A stretch of 64,000 bases of DNA, taken from Pseudovirgaria hyperparasitica (lineage: Eukaryota). The notes beneath the pieces are model-generated. The model searched no databases, was not told where the DNA came from, and saw nothing but the letters and a program-made list of their open reading frames with translations. The translations under genes were made by a program, and so were the position numbers. The stretch lies in assembly GCA_010093815.1 (NCBI GenBank), contig ML996567.1; one strand, 5' to 3'. Below are positions 48,001-60,328 of the stretch, piece by piece. Within the stretch, counting starts at the first letter, position 1. Every line of letters starts with the position of its first letter.

Positions 48001-49253
48001 AAGACTATCATAGAATAGCTAGAACCTACTACTATACGTTAAATTAGAATATTTATAGGTTTCGTAAACTATTATTATAAATTTATTATAGGCTTCTTAT
48101 AAATTACGGCGCCGCTTAATAAACTTATAGAGAATGGCGGTAAAATCTCTATAGATAGGCGAGTATAGCGTAAAGCTAAGTTAGTCGGGATATAGTTAAC
48201 ACTAGAAGCGCGAGATACGTTCTAATTATTAAAGAATTACTTTATAACTACGCCGATTCTTAGGCATTTTAATTCTAAGAAGTATATTTAGGTTAAAACT
48301 AACACGTTAGAATTCGTAATTACTAGAATTATTAGTTAACCGTATAAAGATATAAAAGATAAGGTATAATAGTACCCGGTCGCCTTCTTTTTCTATAAAA
48401 TAGTAGATATAGAGACGTGTTATAATATACACGACTAGAAACTACTCATAATTATTAAGAGTTTTAAGTAATAGTAATATTATTTAGAAGGCTCCGTACA
48501 TTAGATCGAATTATTATTAGATTACGTATAAGGATTATAGACGTAGAATAGTAGTCTAACAGGTCATAGAAGGATTCGGGAATATATTTAAAAGGGTAGT
48601 CTACTCTCCTAACGAGGTTGATTCCTAAAGAGTAGGAATTAAGTATATGCGGCCTACTTATATAGTGGTCTCGCTTATTCTAGCTAGCTTAATCTAGGTC
48701 CACCTATCACGGACCGTACTAGACCATAGTAGTCTAGTTAAGTCTATTCTAGTATTAGCCCTAATAATATCCTTCTTCTTTTTATGCTTCGCCCTAAAGT
48801 ACTTAGCTATATATAAATCTATAATTCTATAAGCGTTATGTTTATACGTGTATCTAATTAAATCCATATAACGTTATCGATAGTCTTTACATTAGTAAAC
48901 TTAAGCTCTAGTTTACTTTTATTTATATACGCGCTTATCCCTTACTTTATAGCTACTGCCTTAGAGGTAGCTCCGCGGGTCATGTAACCGCTATATTAAC
49001 TAAGCTTATATTTAGTTCTCTTATTCTAAATTTTCTTCTCTAGTATATCTACCTTACTCTTAAGGTAAGTCGTTAATTCATATACTATCTCCTTTAGTTT
49101 AGATCTATTCGGGTCTAGAGTAGTCTATTTTTATTAGAGCTGGTCCTATATAATCCATTCGCGTTATTACGGTTACTAATTTAGCTTTTTTAATCGCCTT
49201 TAAGACTAAACGAGTATTCTACTCTTAGATCTCTAGCTAACGTGTATATATAG

Positions 49254-50558
49254 ATATCTAATACTAGTTCTATTCCTAAGCCTGCCTCCTCCTCTCGTAA
49301 GACTCGCTCTAAAGGGATTACCTCTACCCCGGCTACACCGGCTAAAAAATCCACTTATTATAGTAGTATAAAGGCGCGCTCTAAGTTAGAGAAGAAGGTA
49401 GCTAAGGCTACTACTACTATTACTACTAACGTGGCCACTAGTCGCTCTAATCTAGGTAATCCTAGTACTAGTATTGCGGAAGAGATAGCTATAAAGCCTA
49501 CCTACACCTACTCGCGCCGTCTATCTACTCTACCTCCTTTAGAGAATGAAGAAGATCTTATTATAGACGATAATCGAGAGTTTACGCCTTCGCCGCCTCG
49601 CTCTAAACGCCGTTCCTCTTTTTAGTCTAATATAGACTAACTTAGTCGCTCTAGGTTCTTTTAGGACCTTAATATTTACTCTAAACCCAGCCCTAGTAAT
49701 AATAAGGCCTAGGTCGCCGAAGATACTAAACGTAGTCGCGGTTTACGCTATAGGAAAACAGCGAACTACGGTTTAATATACTTTAAGTATATTAAGGCTT
49801 ACGCTACCGGCTCTAAATATCTCTTCTACTCTAACTCTAGTATTAGCTACTACTCTACTAACCGCGATAGGCCTATACGTCTAATCTTTAAGCTCCCTAC
49901 CTACTACCGCCGCTATACCGTCCTTAGTAAAGTTTATCTTTAGGTAAGTCTATTAGACTATTTTAGTCTAGGGTAATCTAAAGTTATCCATGCTAATACG
50001 TTTTTAGGTTTCTATTTATATATAAGATATATATAATAATCTTCGCGTCCGCGAGACTCTCGGCGGTTCTAGCGGTTACCTAGCTTCTATACGTAGGGAG
50101 TTTAGGGAGCGCTATAAGCTCTTCCTAGAGGTTATTAAAGTGTAAGTTTAGAAACCGTTAATTATTATTAACCTTAGCTTATAATTTTTAGTCGCCGCGA
50201 GATTCCTAGCGCTTAGGCTACCTATTCTAGGGAGTCGGTTTTAGCTACTAAGGCCGTAGAAGAGATTCGTACTATTCCTTCCCGTCCGCCTCGTACTACT
50301 AACGGGTCTTATAAGAGATCTACTAGTTCTCCTTCTAAGTTACCTTATAAGAGGGTATATATTCTATTCTAGATTATTCTAGACCGTGTTAGCTAACTTT
50401 AGGTCTAGTCGCTCCGCTCTAGCACTTAGTCGTCGTCTTACTAGGCTCTAACCGAGCGCGTGGTTACTCTAGAGGATAAGGTCTCTAACCTCCGTCGCTC
50501 TATTACTCGGTTAGTTTATCCGCTATACTCTAAGAGTAATAATAAGATAGAGGAGTAG
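49254..50558 (+). pseudogene. Antisense 4-exon accessory gene of family A (exons 49254-49943, 50008-50141, 50192-50354, 50403-50558), about 380 aa, Zn-cluster-like plus coiled coil, RIP-mutated
   Basis: Frame is kept across three GT..AG introns with branch-like motifs. Internal stops are only TAA/TAG (RIP products). The start is ATA (presumed RIP'd ATG) directly after an acceptor. Confidence 0.75.
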
Positions 50559-50809
50559 CTCTATGGCTCTGTTTGCTAGGGTTTCTATATAGTATATATT
50601 GGCTCTATCTACCTAGTTTCTATCCGTTTTAGTCCTTTTTAGACCGTTTAGATACCTATCTACTAGTTTTCTAGTAATTTAATTCTTAACTTAATGATAT
50701 TATGTGCGTTCTTATTTATTCTATGACTATTGAATTTTAGGTTCTAATTTCCTTTAAGTTACTTAAGTATAGGCATTATATATAAATTAGTTTATCTCTC
50801 TAAATTATA

Positions 50810-50859
50810 TTAGAGTACCCGAACTAGTGGCCTAGTAGTTATTAGTTCGGGTACTCTAA
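50810..50859. repeat. Inverted repeat / hairpin with a 17-bp perfect stem
   Basis: TTAGAGTACCCGAACTA ... TAGTTCGGGTACTCTAA. Confidence 0.85.
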
Positions 50860-50988
50860 CCTTTTATATTATATATCACGAGTTCAATTCCGTAGTGGGG
50901 TACCTTTTTAGTTTCTTAGTCCCATGTTCTTCTCGTGTGTAATGGTCTATATTAGTCCATTCTAGACTTCTCTATGTTATTCTATTAT

Positions 50989-51568
50989 TGTAAGGAGGCG
51001 GGCTCCACGTACCAACCAACTATACCAAAAGGGCCGAATCTTAAAGCTACTGCTTCAAGGGTAGAGCACACTACTTATATACGACTGCTGCACACATGTA
51101 GAATCAACTAGCAGGCCACGTGCCTAACAATATCTCCCCTTTTCGAAGGCGCGTGTCCTCACGCGTCGTGGGCATGCTACCTTACGAAAGATAAACTAAA
51201 CTAGCCGTAACGGGCCTAGTATAAACGATATGCACACACAACTAATACTCGCAATGCCGCCTCTAGCACTAGACACGCTAACTTACCGTAGTAACGTTAC
51301 TACCATGTTATCCGTTACGTGTATAAAGTATATGTGACGTGGTAAGCTAAACGGAATCGTGCGAAATTTAATAACGGTTAACTAGACCGAGAGTTGAACC
51401 CGTGACCCCGTAGTAGCTTTAAGATTATGTAAGGAGGCGGGCTCTACGTACTAACTAACTATACTAAAAGGACCGAATCTTAAAGCTACTGCTTTAAGGG
51501 TGGAGTATACTACTTATATACAACTACTACACACATGTAGAATCAACTGGCAGGCCACGTGTCTAACA
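50989..51568 (-). mobile_element. TRIM (non-autonomous miniature LTR retrotransposon), 580 bp
   Basis: 141-bp TG..CA LTRs at 50989-51129 and 51428-51568, 298-bp non-coding interior. ATTAT TSD at 50984-88 and 51569-73. PPT AAAAGGGGAG on the minus strand. The empty site is visible in the paralog at ~61071-61090. Confidence 0.93.
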
Positions 51569-54500
51569 ATTATGATATATCGCGTCGCGTGCCTATAACG
51601 GTTATTTACGTTTTCTTCGCGTTTAGTAACCGTATATCGCTTAAATTATAGGGCTACCTTATAGAGTTTTCCTAGTATGCGTTTAGGATTTATGATTCGA
51701 CACTTCGTTTTCTATAGTATTCTTCTTCTTTTTATAACGGCCCTAACGGTACTAGGTTTACGGTAGTAACGTGTTATCCTATAACCTCTATTTATATATA
51801 GCTATCGCGGTACTTAAGATATGTACCATAGGTTCCTAGGTATCCTTATTCTCGGTATAGTTCTTCTAATAGATTTAATACTTTTAGATACCGTTCTCGT
51901 CGAGCCTATATTCGATAATATAGTCTACTTCGTACACGTCTAGTCTATCTTAGGGTATAATAGAGTGTAATTACACGTTTATATATTTATACACGTTAGG
52001 TCGAAACCTTTTAAGTAATAAGATATAGAATACGTTATAGACTTTCATGTCGTTTCCTAGGTCGAGCTTATAGACTCTTATACTAATATAACGTTTAATT
52101 TAGAAGGGACTAGTCATTTTATAATCGAGCTTTTTATTCACTCGCGACGTTTATATATTACGGACGTTAAGGAGAACTTCGTCTCCCTCCTCGTACGCTT
52201 AATCTTTAACTAATCTATTATAGTACTTTATATATAACTTATTCGCTTACTAGATTATTACGCGATAGTTACGTGTGGTTTTAAAGATTTTAATTGCCAG
52301 TTCCTACGCGTGGACGTTAACATCTATTATTCGGTCGAACTAGACCGTGTAAGGTTCGAAACCTATCCTTAGACTACGTTCTAGGTTCGCCTAGAAGGGC
52401 GTGACACCTATTATACTATAACGACTATTATTATACGCGAATTCTACTATACTTAGTAGAGAGGCCTAGTTATCTTATTTAAAATTATAGAATGCACGAA
52501 GGTAGGCCTTAAGCGTTTAGTTCTATTACTCTATCTAACTATCTATTTATAGATGGAATACTATTAACATGTTTCTATTTATACCGGCTATTTCATAGAA
52601 TAACGTCTAGAATTTAGATATAAATATACTCCCTCGGTCCGTAACGATCCTTTTTAGTATACTATAGACCTTAATAATCTTATTCTAGAATACTTATACT
52701 AGTTCTTTTAATGTAATCGTCTTCTATATAGGGACGTACCTAGATATCTTTATAAGTCTATCCACGATAATAAGAATTAAATTATAACTTATTCTAAGCA
52801 TCTCGCTTGGAGGTAAGTTAACTATAAAATCTATAGTAATATCTTCCTATATAAAGAGGGGGACTAGTAGAGGCTGTAAGTTCCTATATAGCTTATACCT
52901 AGGTGCCTTTATTCTTTAATAAATCGGATAAGTAGCTATCCATTCTTCGACGTACTTAGGTATATCTTTCTAAAAATAGTACTAACGAATTAAGCTTAGG
53001 GTGCGTATATACCCGAAATATCCTACTAGGTTAGCGTTATGGTATCGGCTAACTATAGTAAATTATGCGTTGCCCGTCGGTATATAGTACTTTCTATTAT
53101 AGTAGAGTAAGCCGTCCATGAAGGTCTACTTATAGTCTACTTCGGTCTATAATAACCTATCTTACTATATTTTACGTAACTTTAAAACTATTAGGTCTAT
53201 CTTTTATAGATCTATAATTAACTAGGCGAGGTCTACTTAATATATACGCCGGGTACTATCGCCCTCCCTAATAGCGCTGATAAATGGCTCGCTAGGGACT
53301 TCGGTACCGCGTCTTTAGTTACCGGCTTTAGTCTTATAAATTTAATTACCGGCATTAGCGTTAGTATCTCGCTAATCGTCGGATAACTTATTATCTAACC
53401 TCGTCCTTAAGAGTTAGGCCTATAGCTACTATAATTCTAGGCGCCTTCTTTATAGTTAGGTCTTCTTAATATTCTATTAGCTAGGTTTATACTTCTAGGT
53501 CGATGGTAGATTATAAAGTAGAAATTTATAAGCTACTTAGCCTATCGAACCTATCGATGATTTAAAACCGTCGTGCTTATAAACCCCTTTAAGTTATAGT
53601 AATTAGTTAGTAACTTAATATTATATATAGTACCTTTAAGATAATATCGCTACTACTTAAACGACTCTACTATTACTAGTAGCTCTTGGTTATAAATAGT
53701 ATATCTAGTCTTAACGTCGGCCATCTTACGCGAGAAGAACGTAACTAGATACTATTAGACCTTTTTAGACTCTATTAGTCTAGGCTAGGAGAGTATACCC
53801 GAGATTATAAATTCTAATATATTAGTTTCGACGCGAATAGATTTAGTTAGGTCGAAGTATACTAGTAATAGGGCGGTTATAAATGCTTCTTTAATCTTCT
53901 CGAAGGATGTTCTTTCGACCTTAGTTAATTTAATAGATTATAATTCGATATTACGCTGTTTCTGTCCACCATAGACCGTAATAGACGAGTTAGTAGTAGT
54001 AGTGCGTGTATTAAGTGGTGCGGCTAAACGGGAGAAGTATTTAATAAATTTTTAGTAGTAGTTGGCGAAGCTAATAAAGACACGTATGTCTCGAACGGAT
54101 TTTGGTTTAGGCTAGTCTATAATAGTAGTAACTCTATCTCTCTCTATGGTTATACCTTAATTAGTAATAACGAAGCTAAGAAAGTTAATATAGTCCTAAT
54201 AGAACTCGCATTTAGATAGCTTAATATATAGCTTATACTTTTCTAGCCTATCTAGGACTATACGTACGTGCTAGATATACTTCTCCTCGTTATCTAAGAA
54301 GATAAGAATGTTATCTAGGTACACGATATATATCGTGTCGAGTAGGCCTACTAGCGCGTTATTAATATATACTTAGAAGGTGTCTAGCGCGTTAGTTAGT
54401 CTAAAAGGGACTACGGTATACTTAAAGTATCTATAACGGGTCCTAAAAGCCGTTTTCTATTCGTCGCCTTCCTTAATGCGAAGGCGATAGTAGGCGTTAC

Positions 54501-57500
54501 GTAGATCGAGCTTAGTAAAGATCTTTACATGTTCTAGTCTATTAATAGACTTAGAGATAAGAGGTAGTAGGTAACGATTCTTTCGTGTAATATTATTTAG
54601 GCTATAGTAGTCGATATATAGATAGAGGCTCCTATTCTTCTTCTTTATAAAGAGGATTAGAGCTCCGGCTAGAGATATACTAGGCCTAATCTATCCTCGC
54701 GTAAGGTTCTTTTCGATATATTCTTAAAGGGCTTATAACTTAGGTTCTAAAAGAGGGTAGATGGGTCCATGTAGAGGTTACTAGCCATCTTCGAGATTAA
54801 TAGTAAGGTTAGTAGGTTAGTATTAAGGTAGTTCGGAGGAATCGATTACTAACGCGATATATTAGTATATTTTATACTAATATAGTAGGTTTTCGTCTAC
54901 TTTAATACTAAGCTTACTATTTTATATAAGTAAGAGTATATAGATAGTAGAGATTACCTTCTCGTAATCCTTCTAGAATTATTCGTCGTTAATAAGCTAT
55001 ACTAGTTCCTATTAAGGTAGGTTTATACGCTAGCTAGCTGTCTTCTTAAGGAAGTCTAGTTTTAGGTTATATTTCTTAAGCTATAGTATACCTAGGATTA
55101 TATCGAAGGGACTATCTACCACGATAAAGGTTAAGTAGTAGAGTTTCTATTTCCCTCCGCTATTCTAGATGCTATATTTAATAGTATAGGTGCCGTATAA
55201 CTTAATAGGACCGTTAATGCTATGGAACATAGTACTTATTAAAGCTTAGATGTCGGCGTTAAGTTCTTATGCTTATTAGATTAACATGACGTTAGTAGCC
55301 GATCTACTATTAAGTATTATAGTCTAATATTATCTACGAGGGACCTCGATAGGTCTAGCCTATAGTTCGATATACTATTTAGCGGATTACCCCTCTATTA
55401 TAGTCGCGCCTATAAGTCGCGAGGGTTTCTTATAGACTATTAGTTTTTTATATTCTATACTAGGTAGTTAGGCGCGATGTATCCTAGCTACTAGCACTTA
55501 TAGTATATAACTAGTTAGTTAGTTATATTAGCACTTAGTAGCTTCCCCGAACGGTACTTAGGTACTATATAGTCTATTCTATTATAGGTATAGTAAGTAA
55601 CTTTAGGTCGTTTATACGAGTCGGTCCTCGTATCTTAACGTGTCGATTAGTAGGGAGATCCACGATATAATCCGCGTGGTTTTGAATTTAAGGCGTAGTA
55701 GTAGCCTCGTAACGTCCCGCGAGATCTATTACTAAATTAGTTTTAGTTAGATAATTTTACGTTAGATTAGATCATTAGAGATAGTCGTGCACTAGCGCGG
55801 CGTTAATTATTTATTATACGCTAGTATCGCTCCGCGAGGTTTATAAGAGCTTAGAGATCTATAGGGATTATTATTATAAGGTCGAGATAGTCCTTTATAT
55901 TTAGGGCAAGGGACCGTTTAAAGTCGTTATACTATCGAATTATATAATCTTCTTCGGCTTCTCTCTAGAGGGGCCGAAGGTATTTAAGGAGTTATAATAG
56001 TAACTAATTATCTCGTTATCGAGTCTTAAAGATATAGCCCTAGGCCTAGTCGCGTTATTTAGCCCTATCGCTAAAACATTAGAGGAGAAATTCGGTGAAC
56101 GTGTCCTAGTTATAGGCATCCTTAGGATATTCGATTCGGTATACTATCTAACGTTCTAAAGGCGTTAGGTCGAGGTAGTTCTAGGCGAATCTAATTTTAT
56201 CGCTGTCGTTCGTGAATAGATAGAAGAATCGGCTATATTAGTAAGCCTATATATAGAAACTCTTTCTACTTTTACCATCGAAGTAAGGTAGTTTCTTAGG
56301 TCGGGGTAATTAGGATAGTAGTAGACTAGGATAGATCGTTTTAGTTAGTATAGGTCTATATAAATGTAGATTAGTCGTTACTAGAACTAAAGCGCATAAT
56401 ATAGCTTTAAGTCTTATAGTACGTCCTCGAGCTTCGTCGAGTTCATATAGTTATTACTTAAGTTAAACCTATTATTACCTCTCTTCGTGTAGTCTAGTAT
56501 ATACGTTATTATAAGGTATGGTTAACGTTAGGTAATTCTAACGGATTAACTCGTTAACGTTAATAAGGTCTAGCCTTATATTAAGGTTAGGTCTAGTATA
56601 GTTTAAACTAGACCGAGATAGAGTATAATAGACTCTATCCTTATATTCTATAATATCTTCTATAGTTACACGGAATATCGTATAAGTTATTAGTACGATA
56701 GCCTATAAGGTATAGTTATTAGTAGGGGTAGTTATAGGTAGACTATTCTCCTCGTTTAGGTTAGGAGAAGGTCTACTATAAGAGGCGGTGCCACGAGTGT
56801 TATAATGAGTGGTTAGAGCTATTTCTATAAACTACCGTCGTGCTATATAAAGAGGAATTAAAATATAAGGATTATAGACGTAGGATAGTAGTCTAATAGG
56901 TCATAGGAGGATTCGGGAATATATTTAAAAGGGTAGTCTACTCTCCTAACGAGGTTGATTTCTAAAGAGTAGGAATTAAGTATGTACGGCCTACTTATAT
57001 AGTGGTCTCGCTTATTCTAGCTAGCTTAACCTGGGTCCACCTATCACGGACCGTACTAGACCATAGTAGTCCAGTTGAGTCCATCCTAGTGTCAGCCCTA
57101 ACATTACGTAAATCTATATTACTTTATATTAACTAAGGTCCTTAATCGCCGATAAGTACGTTAGGCTAAGTAGATATTAATATTTAACTTTAAAATCTTA
57201 TATAAAGCTAGAAGAGAGAATAAAGCTAATCCTCTATCGCGGCGTAAAGATTATAAGAAATCGTTATAGAATAACGTAGATAGTTAGTATAAGTTAGACT
57301 ATACTATACTTTAGATACTATAAGACTAGTTATCTAATAGAATACTAGAAGCTAGAACACTTTCGGCGATTCTCCGCGGGAATTAGAGCGGGTATTAAGT
57401 AATCTAAATAAACGTCTAAGAAACTAAGAAAACCCTCGAAGACTTAATTAAATCTACCTAGAATTCCGATATATTAGTAAAGAAAGTCATAAGCATAAAA

Positions 57501-59346
57501 GGAAGCGCTATAGATCCGCCATAGTTATTAAGGTAGGAACGACGATCAGACGCGATCTACTTCTAAGGCCGACTCTATATACCGGAAGACGGCTTACGAA
57601 TCGATGTTTTAAGGGAATAGTATAATTACGCGTTAGTAGGGCACTTCGGCATTATAAGGACGGTCGATTTAATCCGAAGGACGTACGACTAGCCGGGTCT
57701 TTATAAATATATAAAAGACTACGTAAAAATGTATAACGTTTGCCAGTATACGAAAGTGTATAGATACTTACTATATGGCGAATTAAGGCTATTACCTATA
57801 CTAAAGGAGGCATAGAAGGAATTATCTATGGATTTTATTATAGATCTACCCCTAAGTAAGTATTCTAGGTATATTTATAATAGTTTACTTATAGTTCTAG
57901 ATAGATTTACGAAGATGTTATACTATATCTCTATAAGAAAGATAATCCAAGCACCGGATCTTATAGATATACTACTCCGTGATGTAGTTCGGCTCTATAG
58001 TATACCGAATGGTATAGTTTCGGATAGAGGTCCGTAGATAACGTCTAAATTTTAGAAGGATTTCTACTATACGCTAGGAATCAAGCGGAAACTTAGTACT
58101 ATATTCTACCTATAAATAGATAGGTAGACGGAGCGGTAGAATTAGATAGTCGAGGCGTATTTACGTGTATATTATAACTATAAGTAGAATAACTAGGTAA
58201 AGTTAGTCTGTATCGCGGAATTCGCGTATAATAATAGCCGATATACGTTAACCCACGTAAGTCCGTTCAAAGTAAACTTCGGTCGGAACCATAATGCGTA
58301 GTTCTTAGGGACTTAGTTCAAAGTAGAACGATCTAACGTTAAAGTAATAGAAATTACTATAGAACTATTCTAAACGTAAAGAAGCGTTATAAAGTTACTA
58401 TAAGATACTACGAATTATAGTAAATCGCACTATAATAAGGGTAGAAAACCCATGATCTTTAATGTTAGGGACAAAGTTTTACTAAATAGCAAGAATATTC
58501 GTAGTATTAGGCCAAAGAAGAAGCTTAACTATATAATGATAGGTCTATATAAGATTACTCGTGTAATTAATAACTAGGTATACGAGTTATAACTCCCTCC
58601 TACGTTAAAGATATATAATATATTCCATATTACGCTTCTCGAGCCATTTCATGCCTTATTATTACCGGATCGTTCTGAATAGATACTACATGAAGTAGTT
58701 ACGTAAGAAGGTATAGATATCTACGAAGTTAAGTAGATACTTAGCTAGTAACGCGCCGAAGATGGCACGTAGCTATATAAAATTCATTAGAAAGGATATA
58801 ATTCTAACGAAGATACTTAGGAACCTGTAATAAACATTAGTAAAGTAGCGATATTAGTATATAAGTAGCGATTGGTAAAGGAAGCCGTAGAATCACGGAG
58901 AATTATGCTAAAGTACGGCGATTCGACGTTTTTTAGTATAGTTCGGCGCCGAGAACGGCCGCCTAAAAGGAAGAAGGTAAAAGAGACATAGATCTTTAAA
59001 ACATTCTAAGGAATTAAGGAACTTCCTTAGAAAGTTTAAACTTAGAACTTTAAAAAATTTAACTAAAAAAGAGACTTAGAAAAATGATTTACTAAGAGAA
59101 ATGGACATCGAAAATCGGTGCCGATTAGTATAGATTAGTATAGATTACTAAAGAGATTAAAGAAGTTATTATTAAAGAAAGATAAAATTAAGAAAGCTAA
59201 AAGAAAATATAAAGATCTATATAGATCTATATAAACTCGTACTAATCTATCTAGAAGAAGTAAGATCGCTTTAAAATTAAAACCGAAAAACTAAAACGCT
59301 AGATAAAAGAGATATATTAGTACCGATCGGTATAGATCTAAACCGA

Positions 59347-60328
59347 TTAAGTCGGAGTAGGAGTAGAAGTACTAATTACCGCGATAGTTACATCTAATTC
59401 CTTCTGCTGGTTCTTATTTAGTATAGTATAGAGCTTTATAATATAAGTCTCTAGCCTTTCGTTCCGACGCTATAAATTCTATATAGCGTGCCTTATAACT
59501 ATGAACTCCTCTATAGAAACCTATAGAGCGGCGGGACCCGGGACGGAGAGAGACGGACCAGCGCGGGCACGCTAAGAATTATATAAATTAGCGAAAAGAT
59601 TTAACGATTAGTATAGAACCATATACCTTTAGTATAGAAACTTCTAGATTAGAGCTATCTTCCCTAAATTTACGGCTCTTTAGCACGCGCGAGGAAGAAA
59701 CCTTAGCCTTTTTACTAGAACCTTTTCTAGGAATTCTAATATCGCTAGTATATAGAAAGAAGTCCGAAGTAGTAGAGATTTTAGTACTATTATAGAGATT
59801 AATATATATTAGTAAGAATCTATAACGATTTAAGAAAAACGATATTACCTAGTAATCGCGGTAATAATAGCTATAGTAGATTCTAATAAATCCTTACGGA
59901 TCTTATTAGAATCGTACTCCTAGGCGTAACTCTTACCTTAGGTATATAGCTCGTAGAAAGCCTTCTCTAAGGCGTTACGATCGGTAGTACTACGCTCCTT
60001 ATCGGTAGGGGTTACTAGAGGCCTAGTAGTAATCTATACCGATATAAGTAAATCTACGTAAAGTTCTTCGAACTTAATTAAATACCTATAAGTAATAACG
60101 CTTCTTAGTCATGTAAGTACCGTATATTATAGATTTAGTACTACCGTGAGTAATATACAACGGAAAGCGACAACCATAATAATATATAGCTAGATTATTA
60201 GAGCCCGGCCTAGGTCGGGGTAGATCGATAGCTTTCGACATGTCGGTGACGTATATAAGACAGGGATTATTCGAAGGCGCCTGTTTCCGCGCCGATTACT
60301 TTAGAGCGTCGAGATTTTAGGAAACCAT
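59347..60328 (-). pseudogene. Antisense 4-exon accessory gene of family C (exons 60328-60086, 60033-59849, 59786-59627, 59571-59347), about 270 aa, Zn-cluster-like plus coiled coil, RIP-mutated
   Basis: Intact ATG at 60328. Three 52-62-nt GT..AG introns keep the frame. Two Cys TGT codons survive (60262, 60172). Internal stops are only TAA/TAG. Confidence 0.78.

Larger units (their letters stand above)
48527..57103 (-). mobile_element. Full-length chromoviral Ty3/Gypsy family A element, RIP-inactivated
   Basis: 240-bp LTRs at 48527-48766 and 56864-57103. TTACG TSD at 48522-26 and 57104-08; removing the element restores the host RNase H frame. PPT next to 48767. RT YLD(D) ~54310-54321, integrase, chromodomain ~51830-51950. 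Confidence 0.95.

Noticed and set aside
51385..51412. B-box/T-arm-like GGGTTCAACTC in the TRIM interior (minus strand)
   Set aside because: No clear A-box or cloverleaf; too short to claim a Pol III or tRNA-derived module.
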